Positions 11,362-22,640 are shown, numbered from the stretch's first letter. The stretch is DNA of 64,000 bases from an uncultured Methanosarcinaceae archaeon (GCA_963733675.1 CAVTET010000003.1:416001-480000), one strand, 5' to 3'. A program made the numbers and translations. The notes: generated from the sequence alone by a model not told the origin.

Positions 11362-11478
11362 GAGACTATCCTAGAGGTCATTAATGGCATGTTGTAACAG
11401 TTATAATTGGTCTAAAGTATCCATTCCAATTGTTTATTGAAAAGTTATACTATGTTACAAAACTTTTTAGGTAGGTTC
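11362..11478. mobile_element. Possible ~117-bp MITE with IS5-like ends abutting the deleted IS5
   Basis: GAGACTATCCTAGA ... TTTTTAGGTAGGTTC imperfect inverted ends resemble the neighbouring TIR; flanked by TTA. Confidence 0.45.
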
Positions 11479-11569
11479 TTAATAGCACAAAGCTCGGCTT
11501 CATGCAGAAAAAACTAAAAAAATATCAAATATAAGACTTACATATATTCTTTTTAAGAGTAAAAACAGT

Positions 11570-12022
11570 GTGACAATGGATAGATCTTGTAAACTAACTC
11601 TAAATATAAACAAGCGAATTGGAGATAATGTCGCGTTGGGATTTACTTATGCTTTTGCTACCGAAGCTGCGGGAATTACATATCAGACGTTCAATGACTG
11701 GACGAAAAAAGGTAAAAAATCAACATCTGGAGAGTATGTTAAGTTCTCAAAGTATATTCAAAAATTTAATGCAGATGTGGCTAAAAAGCTTTTGAAACGC
11801 CTGAATGAAGCTGCTGAGGCCGGAAACTGCCAGATTTGCATGTGGATTTTGAGCGACGTTTCCTGAAAGATTGTTGTCGGCATGAATCTCGGAAAACAAA
11901 TGTTGTTTCAGAGAACAAGAATGAGAAGTTGAGATGATTATCAAGGATGTTGATAGAATTAGAAAAGAAATTCTAACGAAGTTTTTTTGGGTTAAAGGAA
12001 TGCATGAGTCACAAACTGGTTA
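11570..12022 (+). pseudogene. Frameshifted HTH protein resembling phage small-terminase-like/HTH proteins
   Basis: KLT...AAGITYQTFNDW (HTH); a frameshift near 11850 restores the WILERRFPE motif and continues ...SENKNEK.EMIIKDVDRIRKEIL. Confidence 0.45.
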
Positions 12023-12386
12023 ACTTTTTCAATTAGAATTCTACTTATTTTTACTAGAATATTTTTCTTTTCTCATTTATCATGTGGTATTTATCACGTG
12101 TTATAAATTGTAGCCGGAGTTTTCAATATCATCGCCACTTCTTCTGAGCTCGCAGTACTTCAATTGCCTTCTGATTGATTAGGATTTGTATCTGTAGCAT
12201 GTAATTAGCATATAAATTTCTAATTTATCTAGTTCGTTTTCCAATGTTCAATTATATATCTTTAAAATAATTTAATAGTTGCGCTCCTTCTTCTAAGGGG
12301 GCTGGAAACGCTTGAAAGGATGTTGCTATTGTGGTACATACCCAAGAATAATAGTAATTTTTCATTTAATGAGCTTTAGTAAAACT

Positions 12387-13242
12387 GGTTCCGTTGCAAA
12401 AACTTCAACAAAATATGTAAATCTATAAATAATGAATAAAAATCAAAATATTCAAGGAAAATGTACTAACATTATAAAACTATACCAAATAATTGATTAA
12501 TGTATTTGACTTCATTAAGAACAGAGTAATTTAAATCGATTACTTGTCCTTTTTTGATCATATTTATAGCTTCAATTCCTTTTAAAGTCTTATTAGCAGA
12601 TCGAAAAGACTGAAATCCTAACATTGGATTAACGATTCTCTTTATAGATCTGTGATCTTGTTCTATAATGTTATTCAAATACTTGATTTGTCGAATGCCT
12701 ACGTTTTTAGGTAGTATTTTATCAATTTTTAGTTTATCTATAGCAGGTGGATAAGCTGGATTCTTATCAACGGTTATTAATCTTGGAATTTGATTATGAT
12801 TAGAACTTAAAGCTTTCTTAAAGAATCTCTTCGCTGTCTTTCTATCTCGTTTTGAACTTAACATGAAATCAATTGTATCTCCATTTGAGTCAACTGCTCG
12901 GTAAAAATATTTCCATTTACCTTTTACTTTGATATAGGTTTCATCAACTCTCCACGAATCATTTGTTGGTCTTAAATGTCTTCTTATCTTCGTTTCTATT
13001 TCAGGGGAATATTGATGTACCCATCTCATGATTGTTGTATGGTCGACTTTTACTCCCCTTTCTGCCATCATTTCCTTTAAATTTCTATAACTTAATGCAT
13101 ATTTTAAGTACCATCTTACATTCAATAAGATAATTTCCCCTTCATAATGCTTCCATTTAAAGGAATTAGATAGCATGTTACTATCTTTGGTTTTCTTTTT
13201 ATTCTATTGTATCAATTAGAAAGGATTTTTTGCAACGGAACC
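12387..13242 (-). mobile_element. IS6-family insertion sequence, apparently intact
   Basis: Perfect 16-bp TIRs GGTTCCGTTGCAAAAA (12387-12402) and TTTTTGCAACGGAACC (13227-13242) around the transposase. Confidence 0.95.
12472..13176 (-). CDS. IS6-family DDE transposase
   Basis: FKWKHY..EIILL.VRWY, WRVDETYIKVKGKW.Y.YRAVD, TVDK, NNIIEQDHR. Confidence 0.95.
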   Translation of the reverse strand: MLSNSFKWKHYEGEIILLNVRWYLKYALSYRNLKEMMAERGVKVDHTTIMRWVHQYSPEIETKIRRHLRPTNDSWRVDETYIKVKGKWKYFYRAVDSNGDTIDFMLSSKRDRKTAKRFFKKALSSNHNQIPRLITVDKNPAYPPAIDKLKIDKILPKNVGIRQIKYLNNIIEQDHRSIKRIVNPMLGFQSFRSANKTLKGIEAINMIKKGQVIDLNYSVLNEVKYINQLFGIVL

Positions 13243-13334
13243 GTTTTCTGTATTATCACAATTTGAAATCCTGAAAGGCAGTAACAATTCTTTTTAAAAA
13301 CGTATATTGTACGATCAGATTGGAGAAAACAAAA

Positions 13335-14078
13335 ATGAATGTGTCACGAAAATCTTGGCCTATTTCACTGGTAATATTCACAGTTTGGCTAAGTTTCATA
13401 GTGGTAGGAGGACTTCTACAAATTGAGGGGCATCACATTCAACTTGAAAAATTAGTTGAAAAACAGATAATGTTTGGGGAGCTTGTTGAAATTATCTTTT
13501 TGACTGGAGTTATTACTTATTTGAGATGGTGGCCTCAAGTTGGGTGGAAAAGCCCAAATAATTTACCAGATTTACGTTTATTGTGGCCACCAGCCCTATC
13601 TCTTCTATTCATGCTGCTGATCGTATTATATTCAAATCTACCATCAATCAGGGTTCTTATGATTGTAATGATCAATACCTTAATGGTAGGAATCAGCGAG
13701 GAATTGATGTTTCGTAGCATCTTGTTATATGGGGCTTCATCATCATTTGGGATCTGGCGTGCAGTATGGATCACATCGATTATTTTTGGTTCAGTCCATA
13801 TATTAAACAGCTTAATCACCGGAGATTTTAGAGCGAGCATACTTCAGGCCTTTTTTGCAGGTACGTTTGGTATCTGGACTGCAGCTTTGTGAATTCGTCT
13901 AAACACAATTATTCCAGTAATCATAATTCATTGGTTGTGGGATTTCCTGTCATTTCTGACAAATTCCATTTGGGATCTGGAATTGCTTCCTTTTTCTCTT
14001 GTGCTCTTCATTTATGGTCTCTGGTTATTACAAAATTATCGACGCGGCGAAATCAAATCGCTAAGGGATCAATATTAA
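13335..14078 (+). pseudogene. CPBP/Abi (CAAX-type) intramembrane metalloprotease interrupted by one in-frame TGA (13890-13892)
   Basis: EELMFR and FGSVH motifs come before the stop; the same frame continues IRLNTIIPVIIIHWLWD (motif 4) to TAA at 14076-14078. Confidence 0.8.
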
Positions 14079-14461
14079 TCCAATAACTTATTGAGAGATC
14101 GATTGATAGGCTATTTGATGGCTAAACTCTACACGATGTTCTTATTACAGATTCACAGAAATGGTAGATTGACAAGATATCTGAGACCTAGTTCACTATT
14201 GTCTAAGTGCTTGTCAATTAGTCTGGAAATATCGTTATTGTTAGTCACTCATGCAACATTTTATGCACACGGTTCCGCAGCCGACATCCAGCTATCTCAG
14301 AAGACACTGAGTTAAATCAATTAAGTTACTCCGGATATTGTACCTATCAGGAATAGATCAATCCCGGAAGGCATGTAGACAAATTCCCCCTTGTATACCA
14401 AGTGGATCGTTAGAAATTCAACTGACCGAGTAAGATAAACAGATTGCATAAAGAGAAAATT

Positions 14462-14712
14462 ATGGATAGCACAACGAAAATCCAACCACCTCTGCAGGTG
14501 GTCCAGCGAAATGCCTGGCTAAAAGCTTTATCCATTGCAGTAAATTTCTATATTCTCTTACTTTCAGTCTTGTTACTAACTGGTAATTCCAATCTGTTTC
14601 CAGTTTTGGTGATGGTAGGTAGCTTTATGGTTCCAGTTGCCTATGTAGCATTTTTTATGAGTGCAAGGGTTTCAGCCAACTAACGTTGCCAACTGTTTCC
14701 CAGGCTTTCATG
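14462..14712 (+). pseudogene. PrsW-family intramembrane protease, N-terminal fragment
   Basis: NLFPVLVMVGSFMVPVAYVAFF, then a frameshifted YE...SQLTLPTVS; truncated. Confidence 0.5.
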
Positions 14713-14714
14713 TG

Positions 14715-14898
14715 TTATTATCTATTTAGAAGAATTTTAGCAATCAGGCGCAAACAAGTAATATTCTTGCTCTTTTAGAATAAGCGTCATGAATCTTCTT
14801 TAGTAGTGCTATTTTCAAAAATCCAGTCTACATCTCAACTTTTTTAGGCTATTGTTTAATTATCACAGCAGCTTATATTGTAAGCAGAAGAGATTGAA
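14715..14898 (+). pseudogene. EamA/DMT transporter, C-terminal remnant
   Basis: Fragments SNILALLE*...IFFS..IFKNPVYISTFLGYCLIITAAYIVSRRD* resemble DMT C-termini. Confidence 0.4.
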
Positions 14899-15128
14899 TA
14901 GGTTAATGACATCTTAGGTGATTACTCTAAATCTTCTATAATACCTACAATATCCTTCCCGAGTCTATTCAAAGTTTTTTTATAGCAATAATTTTCATAA
15001 AACAATCAATACATGGTACAATTAAGTCCATTGAGAAATAGCTTGGTTATGCTAAGTTTTAGGTTTAAAATAGAGTAGCATCATCATAACAGTAAACTAT
15101 ATTATGGATTTGGGAAAACAATGATATA

Positions 15129-15605
15129 ATGGATGGAAGAAGAGTAGAAAAAGGACCAGTGCAACTGGATGTAGGCATAGTTTTATCAAGCGTTGGAGGA
15201 AACTCCAGTCATGATAGGGATCAATTCCATGGTCTTGTTTCCTTGTCTGGTATTGATTTTGGACTCTATGTTGGGCCATCGTATAATCTTTTTGAGAATA
15301 TAGGACCCAGTATCGGTATCGGTTTACTCATAGGGCACAATGGTTTCCTAGCTGCGAAATTAGGCATCCATTTCAGGAGAACATTTGGTTTAGCTATGCT
15401 AATTCCTATAGTTCCTATTTATGGTGCTACTGGAGCGAGCATTTTAGCTGCCCTGCCTATTTCAGAAGGAACTAAAGCCATGGCAACTATCCCGCTTATG
15501 TTAGTCCCAGCAGCTTTTGTATACCAAGAAGATATCAAAGAATTACGTAGGCTTGGAGCAGAAATTTTAATGAAATTAAGGTCTTATATATCAGGGAAAC
15601 TATAA
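15129..15605 (+). CDS. Hypothetical membrane protein
   Basis: 158-aa ORF with several Gly-rich hydrophobic segments; no family recognised. Confidence 0.5.
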   Translation: MDGRRVEKGPVQLDVGIVLSSVGGNSSHDRDQFHGLVSLSGIDFGLYVGPSYNLFENIGPSIGIGLLIGHNGFLAAKLGIHFRRTFGLAMLIPIVPIYGATGASILAALPISEGTKAMATIPLMLVPAAFVYQEDIKELRRLGAEILMKLRSYISGKL

Positions 15606-16032
15606 TCACTGTCAACTATACTGTGACATTATTGTATGTATATGCGTATATTAGTTTGATTACGAGTGTGGATATGTTTACTAGGAATGATATTGCTAAT
15701 GCAATTTAATAGTTCCTACAACAAAAGCGAGTAGCTTAAATTTTAAGATTTATTATTGGTTTAAAGTATTTTTGAAATTCTTTTATTATTTTATGGTTAT
15801 TATATTCAATTTTCTCATTTTCACTCTAAATCGTGTAAAACAATAAAATTTTAATTTCATTGAAATTAATTCCATTTATATCCGTTAAGATATAATCTAT
15901 AAGAAGTGTGTCATTTTGGCTGTTTTTTCCTGAAAAACTATAAATGCAAATCAAGACAAAAGATTATTGCAGTAGTCATTTTAGAGTTTTTAGAGTTAAT
16001 AGGTTCCTTAACCAAATACAAATGGGGATGAC

Positions 16033-16185
16033 ATGGTAGTGACAGAGGAGAAAGATCGCTGCGAAAGAGAAGAAAAGAAAAAAGACTCGTTGGAATCACT
16101 GCTTGAAGAAAAATTGAGAAATCAGGTTCGTTCGGATTATCGGCGCAGTCTAGGTAATGAATACCGCAGAAGATATCTGGAATGA
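16033..16185 (+). CDS. Small charged hypothetical protein (50 aa)
   Basis: MVVTEEKDRCEREEKKKDSLESLLEEKLRNQVRSDYRRSLGNEYRRRYLE; purine-rich RBS-like GGGGATGA upstream; long oligo-T tract at 16224-16260; GC-richer than its flanks. Confidence 0.65.
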   Translation: MVVTEEKDRCEREEKKKDSLESLLEEKLRNQVRSDYRRSLGNEYRRRYLE

Positions 16186-16805
16186 TGCTCTATTTTCCAG
16201 ATAAACTCTTCTTCAAACGATGACTTTTGCTTTTTCTTTTTTTGTTTTCTTTTTTCTGTTGTCTCAGCTAACTTTATCAACAATCTTTATAATTATTTAG
16301 TTGGGGGTAAAAACAATATTATTCGCTATCTTATTTAATATTCAATTGGTAAGTTTTTTTGGACCCATATTCTCTAATTATAGCTATCAATCATGTTTTT
16401 CGCTTTTAATTGGTTATCAATCACACATTTTTAAAAACCAAAAAAATCATCGATATACTTGTTTGAGTAGAGTAATAATTATCAATCTTCTTTAATGCTT
16501 ATTTGTCCTGTTTTGAAAATCTATTTAGACTGCGTTGAAACAGTTTTCAAAACGCTTTTCTAAGATATTAATTTCTTCTGATGCTGGCATAAAGAAAATA
16601 ATTGGATTCCATTTGTTAATCAGCCTGTGACACGATTATACGAAAAATTGATTTATAAAAAAATAAAAAAGTAATACACTTATGTAGCCTCAAAGAAAAA
16701 TGTTATGAACTAGAATTGAAACTCGGTTAAGAATTTTCTTGCTTGCATAATATTGATTTCGGAGCAAAAATTATTTCCGAATTTAGAATATCAAAATTAA
16801 ATTTA

Positions 16806-17213
16806 TCATGGAATATATTTGTTTTCGAAAGGTACAAGGTATATCCCATCTGCCCTTTTTTGGCCTTTAACCAGTTCACAATGCCTCAGAAGAGCAAATT
16901 GGTTTTCTGTTTCTAGTAAGGATATCTCAAATTTTTGTGTAATTTCTTCCTTTTTTACTCCACCACTCGAGACGATGAATTCATAAATGGCTTTTTGCAG
17001 CTCAGTCAGTCCTTCAGTTCCTTCAAACCCAGCTTCTTTCCTAAATATTTTTTTTGAACGGACAGCCCAGGGATTACAAGCCTGAATTTTATGATGGCTC
17101 TCTATGTAACAGTCCTCACAGAAAATCTCGCCTTCTTCCTCAATAACATCTTCTCTTTCCAGTTCACCCCTGCAAACATGGCATTTGACGAGATTAGTTG
17201 TTTCTTCAGTCAA
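16806..17213 (-). CDS. Hypothetical Zn-finger (CxxC...CxxC...H..C) plus C-terminal winged-HTH-like protein
   Basis: CHVC...CEDC...H..ACNPWAV...FALLRHCELVKG; AGGTGA RBS. Confidence 0.8.
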   Translation of the reverse strand: MTEETTNLVKCHVCRGELEREDVIEEEGEIFCEDCYIESHHKIQACNPWAVRSKKIFRKEAGFEGTEGLTELQKAIYEFIVSSGGVKKEEITQKFEISLLETENQFALLRHCELVKGQKRADGIYLVPFENKYIP

Positions 17214-17232
17214 TTTATATCACCTTATTTTT

Positions 17233-17562
17233 TTAAATGCCCAGTTTATCTAAAATTTCAAGAACAACTACCGACCCATAAGCTACTGCAGGTCCACCAG
17301 CCATTAATATAGCAGTACTCACAGCCTCTAAAATTTCCTCACGGGTTGCTCCCAATTTTACAGCTTCAGGAACGTGTTTCCAGAGACAGTATTCACAGTG
17401 AAGCGCCACTGCAATTCCCACAATAATGAGTTCTTTCGTTCTGGAACTGAGAGCGCCATCCTTAACAACTTCGGAATGGAGCCCGGAAAATGCATTCATC
17501 ACTTCTGGAAGTTGTTCAGCCATAATTTTTAGCTTTTCATCGATGTCAACTTTTTCTACCAA
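17233..17562 (-). CDS. Carboxymuconolactone decarboxylase / AhpD-like protein
   Basis: DGALSSRTKELI.VGIAVALHCEYC...H...A.KLGATREEI.EA...A..M.GGP. Confidence 0.9.
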   Translation of the reverse strand: MVEKVDIDEKLKIMAEQLPEVMNAFSGLHSEVVKDGALSSRTKELIIVGIAVALHCEYCLWKHVPEAVKLGATREEILEAVSTAILMAGGPAVAYGSVVVLEILDKLGI

Positions 17563-17590
17563 TGTTTCACTTCCTTGATGAGTTAGATTT

Positions 17591-17686
17591 TATAGAGAAT
17601 TTCGATAAACTCCTAAATTTTATCACATGCATATAATGGTATATAACTGGCTCGTGAAAATCAGAGGTTTATCGAAATCCTCTATA
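17591..17686. mobile_element. MITE-like element, copy 3 (subtype A; best-preserved TIRs)
   Basis: TATAGAGAATTTCGATAAACTCC...GAGGTTTATCGAAATCCTCTATA. Confidence 0.8.
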
Positions 17687-17917
17687 AACAATTTAAAGAT
17701 CTCTTATTTTCCATTTTTACTACTTCATAAGCTCAGAGTGCCTCATCACTTGTATTATGCAGTTGAACCGAATAATTAGTATATCGATTGCAAACTGCAT
17801 AAAAAGCTAAATGTTTGAATTCATTCCAAGAAAAATTAATTATCTTCCAAGTTATGCATCAATTTTAAAATCGATGCACTAGTAAGATTAAACTCCAAAT
17901 AATCTAAACTAAAATAT

Positions 17918-19576
17918 TTATAACTTACTCGAATGTGCTTTATTTTGTTCTTCAAGTGCATAAGTCCCAACTGGATCAGCTTTGATCCTTTCTTCTTCAG
18001 TGAGCTGGGAAAGTACGTTTTTAGGTTTCCCAATGTCTACAATTTTTCCATCGCGCATAAGTGCGACGCGGTCACATATCTCGTTTACAAAATCCATGTC
18101 GTGAGAAACTATAACGAAGGTTTCCCCAATATCTTCTCTAGCTTTAAGAATGGAAGTTGTCACCGATATCTTGGTAATTGGATCCATTGTTCCAGTTGGT
18201 TCATCCATGATGATGATTTTTGGCTCCTTTATAAGGACTTGTGCAAGTGCAATCCTATGCCGCTCTCCTTCGCTCATTTCATCAGCCATTTTTGGTAAAA
18301 TCGCTTTTGCCTTATTCTCTTCAAAGCCTGCAGCCTTGAGAGTCATTAAAGCTTTTCTGACACCAAGTTCGAAGGGTAAATCAAGACTAATGGATTCAGT
18401 GAGGTTATCTATTACAGAGCTATGAGTGTAAAGGCCGTATTCCTGGTGCAGGAATCCCATGTATTTAGTTGCTCTTCCCTTATTTTCGACTCCCAGCTTT
18501 GTCATATCAACCCATTCATCTCCTACTCGAACATCAACTTCTCCAGAAGTTGGTGGTAGAATTCCCATCAAAATTTTCGAGGTGGTAGTCTTGCCTGCCC
18601 CACTGACACCTACTAGCCCGAAGATCTCTCCTTCTTTTATATCAAAAGAGATCCCATCCACAGCTCTTACTACGCCACGGTCTACAGAGATATAACGTTT
18701 CGAGAGGTCCCTTACTCGGATGATCGGCTCACCAACCATGGTGTTTTGTTCGTGCCTCACCGCACATGCGTTATTCATAAAGACTGCAGAAACTTCAAGA
18801 GGATTACCTTCCAGAACTACCTCTCCGTTTTCAAGAAGAATCGCCTTATCTGTGAGCTTCTCGATAACTTCAGGCCAGTGAGATGTGAGGACCATACTCA
18901 TATTATAATTTCTCACTACCTTAATCATAACATCATGGACCAGTTTAGCAGTCATTGGATCAAGGGTACCGGTAGGCTCGTCAGCTAACAGAAGCAATGG
19001 ATTTCTTACCAGTTGTCTTGCAAGTACAACCCTCTGTTTTTCTCCACCTGAAAGTTCTCTTGCAATATGCATCATGCGGTGGCTCAAATGTACTTCTTCC
19101 AGCAGTTCAACCGCTTTTCTTATGGAATCTTGACCTAGGTACTCAATTTCATTTAAGGAGTTTATAACATTTACAATAACTCTTTCATCTCCATAAAGAG
19201 CAAAGGTACGCTGGAGCATGATCGCAATTCTTTTGCTAATATCTTTCCTTATCGGTTCGTAAAGAGAAATTTTTATGAAATCAACGTCGAAAGCTTCAAG
19301 CGTCTCTCCACAGACAGGACATTTCTGGCCTTTCTTGCTGGGACAATCTATGTATCTGCACTTCTTGCAACGGGCCAGATAATAAATAACTTCACCTGAG
19401 ATATTTTCAAAAGACTCAGTCCCACGCAACACATGCATCAGAATTGTTTTTCCGGAGCCGCTTTTTCCTAGAACTCCGACAATTTCTCCCTCATTAATAC
19501 TTAAATTTATGTCTTTCAGCACCTTGAGACCATCGAGATCTACGGTTAAATTCTTAATGTCAATGAATACAGGCAC
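17918..19576 (-). CDS. atwA: Methyl-coenzyme M reductase system component A2 (double ABC ATPase with Zn-binding insert)
   Basis: Two Walker A motifs ([16 protein letters not shown]), CxxC..CPxC insert, [34 protein letters not shown]; GGAGG RBS before the GTG at 19576. Confidence 0.92.
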   Translation of the reverse strand: MPVFIDIKNLTVDLDGLKVLKDINLSINEGEIVGVLGKSGSGKTILMHVLRGTESFENISGEVIYYLARCKKCRYIDCPSKKGQKCPVCGETLEAFDVDFIKISLYEPIRKDISKRIAIMLQRTFALYGDERVIVNVINSLNEIEYLGQDSIRKAVELLEEVHLSHRMMHIARELSGGEKQRVVLARQLVRNPLLLLADEPTGTLDPMTAKLVHDVMIKVVRNYNMSMVLTSHWPEVIEKLTDKAILLENGEVVLEGNPLEVSAVFMNNACAVRHEQNTMVGEPIIRVRDLSKRYISVDRGVVRAVDGISFDIKEGEIFGLVGVSGAGKTTTSKILMGILPPTSGEVDVRVGDEWVDMTKLGVENKGRATKYMGFLHQEYGLYTHSSVIDNLTESISLDLPFELGVRKALMTLKAAGFEENKAKAILPKMADEMSEGERHRIALAQVLIKEPKIIIMDEPTGTMDPITKISVTTSILKAREDIGETFVIVSHDMDFVNEICDRVALMRDGKIVDIGKPKNVLSQLTEEERIKADPVGTYALEEQNKAHSSKL

Positions 19577-19884
19577 GACTTTTCCTCCGTAATTATAAGC
19601 TATAATAACATTCTGATGGATGTTTGTTACCAGTCTGAGCATATATCTTACATTATAAATAATCATTTTAAGTTGATGGCACAATAAAATAATCTATATA
19701 TTTGATATGTTCGGATCATAACTGTATACGGACTTTAATTTGACAGAATCTCATGACGTTCTTTTAAAATCATCAGATATTCCGGTAAAAGGTGTGGACT
19801 TTTGTAAGATCAGTAAAAAAACGTGATGAAATAACTTAAACATGAAAGATCCTCGATGTAAGGAGAAGGCTTAAATTTTAAATT

Positions 19885-20574
19885 TTATTTAGGACATATT
19901 TCCTTTAGGCCGGAAACAACATTCTCTAGAAGTTCAATAGGGATCCCCATGATCATTTCTTCATCGGCGATTTTGGTGTAAGATCTGCTGCCACTGCAAC
20001 CGACAGTGACTCCTATTTTACCTTCCTTATACACCTGTACAACACCGTCAGAGCATAAGCTCTGCTTTCCTGCGAAACTGGCTTCAAGCCTGCCTCCTGT
20101 CTTGTACATAAAAGCTTGTGTGAGTAACATGATTTGTTTTGGGTTGCAGATGATCACAACAACATCCGGAATGAAAGAGGTTTTTTCCAGAGGAGAATAT
20201 AAGACGGCTTCGGTTGAATTTGAAGGAAGCTTAGGAACCATGGAAACTGTCCGAATTGCAGCACCTTGGGTGCTGAACTGTTTAAGTTCTTTATAATAAA
20301 ATTCCCCACTTGCGACTTTTGCAGGAATTTCCCCAAGGCCCATTGCACCAGCTCCACCTTTGCACATTTGATCTTCGCCAAGGGTATAGAACTCCTCGCC
20401 TGTTCTTCTTACTCTATCAACCAACTGACAGTGTCTCATAGCTCCATCTACCTTTTCGATGCCCTTGGGAACTTCTTCTACTTTCGGAATCAATTTTACT
20501 GCAACCGGAGATGTTGTGAGTTTAAGGCACTCCACTAGTTCCCGTCCATAGCTGTTTATCTCTTTTATATCCAT
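19885..20574 (-). CDS. DUF169 family protein
   Basis: SPVAVK, RHCQ, C.GGA..MG, PDVV, QSLCSD, GC.GSR. Confidence 0.88.
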   Translation of the reverse strand: MDIKEINSYGRELVECLKLTTSPVAVKLIPKVEEVPKGIEKVDGAMRHCQLVDRVRRTGEEFYTLGEDQMCKGGAGAMGLGEIPAKVASGEFYYKELKQFSTQGAAIRTVSMVPKLPSNSTEAVLYSPLEKTSFIPDVVVIICNPKQIMLLTQAFMYKTGGRLEASFAGKQSLCSDGVVQVYKEGKIGVTVGCSGSRSYTKIADEEMIMGIPIELLENVVSGLKEICPK

Positions 20575-20933
20575 ACTTTTAACTCCATTTTTATTGAGAT
20601 TTGAATCCTGCATCCTCACCTAAATACAAAAGGATCATTTCAATATACTATTAGATAGAGCACAGATTTTGATGCTAAATTATTAATGTAATATACTTCG
20701 GATTTATACTTGAACAATAAAATTGATCCTAGTAATCGCTGTGATTTGAATTAGCATTTTAAATAGTTAAAGGTTTAATGATCCTGATTTTTCAGTTCAC
20801 TGCGTAGCTCCTAGTGCTATTAAATATCCCAATTTGGCCTGCTTTAGCTTTTTTCTCATAGGTGTTATAAGCGCCAGATCTTTATTCTCGCAGAAATCAC
20901 ATGATTCTTACACATATCACTTATTATCTCACT

Positions 20934-21308
20934 TTAGTGATGAGAACAGTTACAAGTGCCATTTGTAGATAATTCCTGCAGCATTCCATTGTTATAGTCC
21001 TGAAGAGCATCGGAAACCTTACCCATAGCTCCCGCAAATACCTTTATTTTATTTTCTACCAGGGATATTAATGGCCTTCCACCGATGCCTGAGACGAGTA
21101 CTGTCTCAACATTGTGCGATTTGAGGATTAGCGAAGGGATGGTACAGTTGTGCTCGCCATCAGGAGACACATTGTTTATTGTCCCAATGTCTGTAATGGC
21201 TTGGTCCTGTACATCTACAATTGTAAAATATTCGCACGAGCCAAAATGGGCACATACATCCGATTCCAGTCCACCGTTATTCATCGATGGTATTGCAATT
21301 TTTGTCAT
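20934..21308 (-). CDS. NifB/NifX-family (dinitrogenase Fe-Mo cofactor-binding domain) protein
   Basis: KIAIP...GLESDV.AHFGSC.YF.IVD...GIG.RP; C-terminal CNCSHH. Confidence 0.88.
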   Translation of the reverse strand: MTKIAIPSMNNGGLESDVCAHFGSCEYFTIVDVQDQAITDIGTINNVSPDGEHNCTIPSLILKSHNVETVLVSGIGGRPLISLVENKIKVFAGAMGKVSDALQDYNNGMLQELSTNGTCNCSHH

Positions 21309-21825
21309 TTCTTACACTTCTTGTTTTAGTAGTTATCTCTGCTTTTCCTTTGTTTTTGGGGCAGCAGTAATTGTTCTTAATAAACCTTTTTCCCTTTCCA
21401 TCGCCGCTGGTTCGGTAAATAATGCCGGAACCACACTTGGGACAGATTGTGGGGCGTCCCTCATAGCATTGTAATTTCCACTCATTCTCACATCCTTTGC
21501 AGATGAAGTCGATCTGACACTCGCCGCTATTTATGTACTCCCCTCCAGAAATCTCGATTGCTTTACCATTGACTAGGGCATCAACTACTTTCTCTCTGGC
21601 TTTTTGCAAGTCGTTCCAGAAGGTTTTCCTGGAGACACCCATCATTTCAGCAGCATCATTCTGCTCTACATTGAGGAGATCGCAAAGACGGAGAGCCTCA
21701 AGGTTTTCGATGGATAAGTTGATAGTTTCGAGATCACAGAACGGTACCTCCCTGGGTTTATAATAGGTGGCTTTTGGGAAGCAGGATACTCTGCGCTTAA
21801 CTCTATTGACCATCAAGGTATACAT
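21277..21825 (-). CDS. DUF134 HTH DNA-binding protein with C-terminal Zn ribbon
   Basis: EALRLCD....Q..AA..MGVSRKTFW.DL..AR.KV.DALVNGKAI.ISGG; CKGC...CPKCGS. Confidence 0.9.
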   Translation of the reverse strand: MYTLMVNRVKRRVSCFPKATYYKPREVPFCDLETINLSIENLEALRLCDLLNVEQNDAAEMMGVSRKTFWNDLQKAREKVVDALVNGKAIEISGGEYINSGECQIDFICKGCENEWKLQCYEGRPTICPKCGSGIIYRTSGDGKGKRFIKNNYCCPKNKGKAEITTKTRSVRNDKNCNTIDE

Positions 21826-21889
21826 ATGAGATATATTATAAATAACTTCCTAATTGGTTATGGAATATTTCCATACTTTGACCTTGAAA

Positions 21890-22640
21890 ATACCATTAAT
21901 AATCAAAGCAAATGCAAAATACCATATCAACATCAGCAGTATAATAATAAGCAGCTATCAGCATCAAGCCTGGGATCCCGAAGGTTGAGATTGCAAAAGT
22001 TACGATCATATTGCCAAATATGGCTATTATGAGTGTTTTGTTGGGAATCGACTCCAAGAAGTCGCTCTTCTCTCTCAACATAAGTATCAATTAGCATTCC
22101 TCCGTAGATCAGCATTTCAAAGACAAATGTATGCAGTCTCGTGTCGCATGTTAGTCTCAAGTGAGGCTCAGATGTCTCATCTCGACATCAGAGTAGCCAG
22201 AAAGATTCTGCTACTCAACATGCTCAACAATACCACCAATCTTTGCCAGCATTGCTATGTCCTAATACTAGGTTTTTCTGGCAAATCTAGTGTTATCAAT
22301 TTCTATATATGTGGTGAAGAAATCGATCAAAAAAAAGTAGCTGGACAATTTCAAAAGTATCATATGAAGTAGCGCTCATTGATAAATAATGCAATCCTGA
22401 TATAAGAAACAAAAAAAGTTAATGGCAAGCAAATAAGACTACTTGCAGAAGATTCCAAGGTCTTTTGACGCTATGGCCAACCAGTCCCCATCCCAGAGTG
22501 CTTGTCATCTTAACGTTGAATTTTCGCTTGAGCGATTTCACAGTCATTGATGAAGGCTGTTCCTGGAAAACCCAGCATCTCATTATGCAGAACAAGAAGA
22601 TTATGATGATAAAGCCGACATATTGTTCTAAGTGTAATAG
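21890..22640 (-). pseudogene. Heavily deleted P-type (H+-transporting-like) ATPase relic
   Basis: N-terminal fragment ..FQEQ....LKRK.NVK...DGDWLAIASKDL and C-terminal fragment LHTFVFEMLIY...LRE....S.P.KTL..AI.G, joined across a large deletion. Confidence 0.5.
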
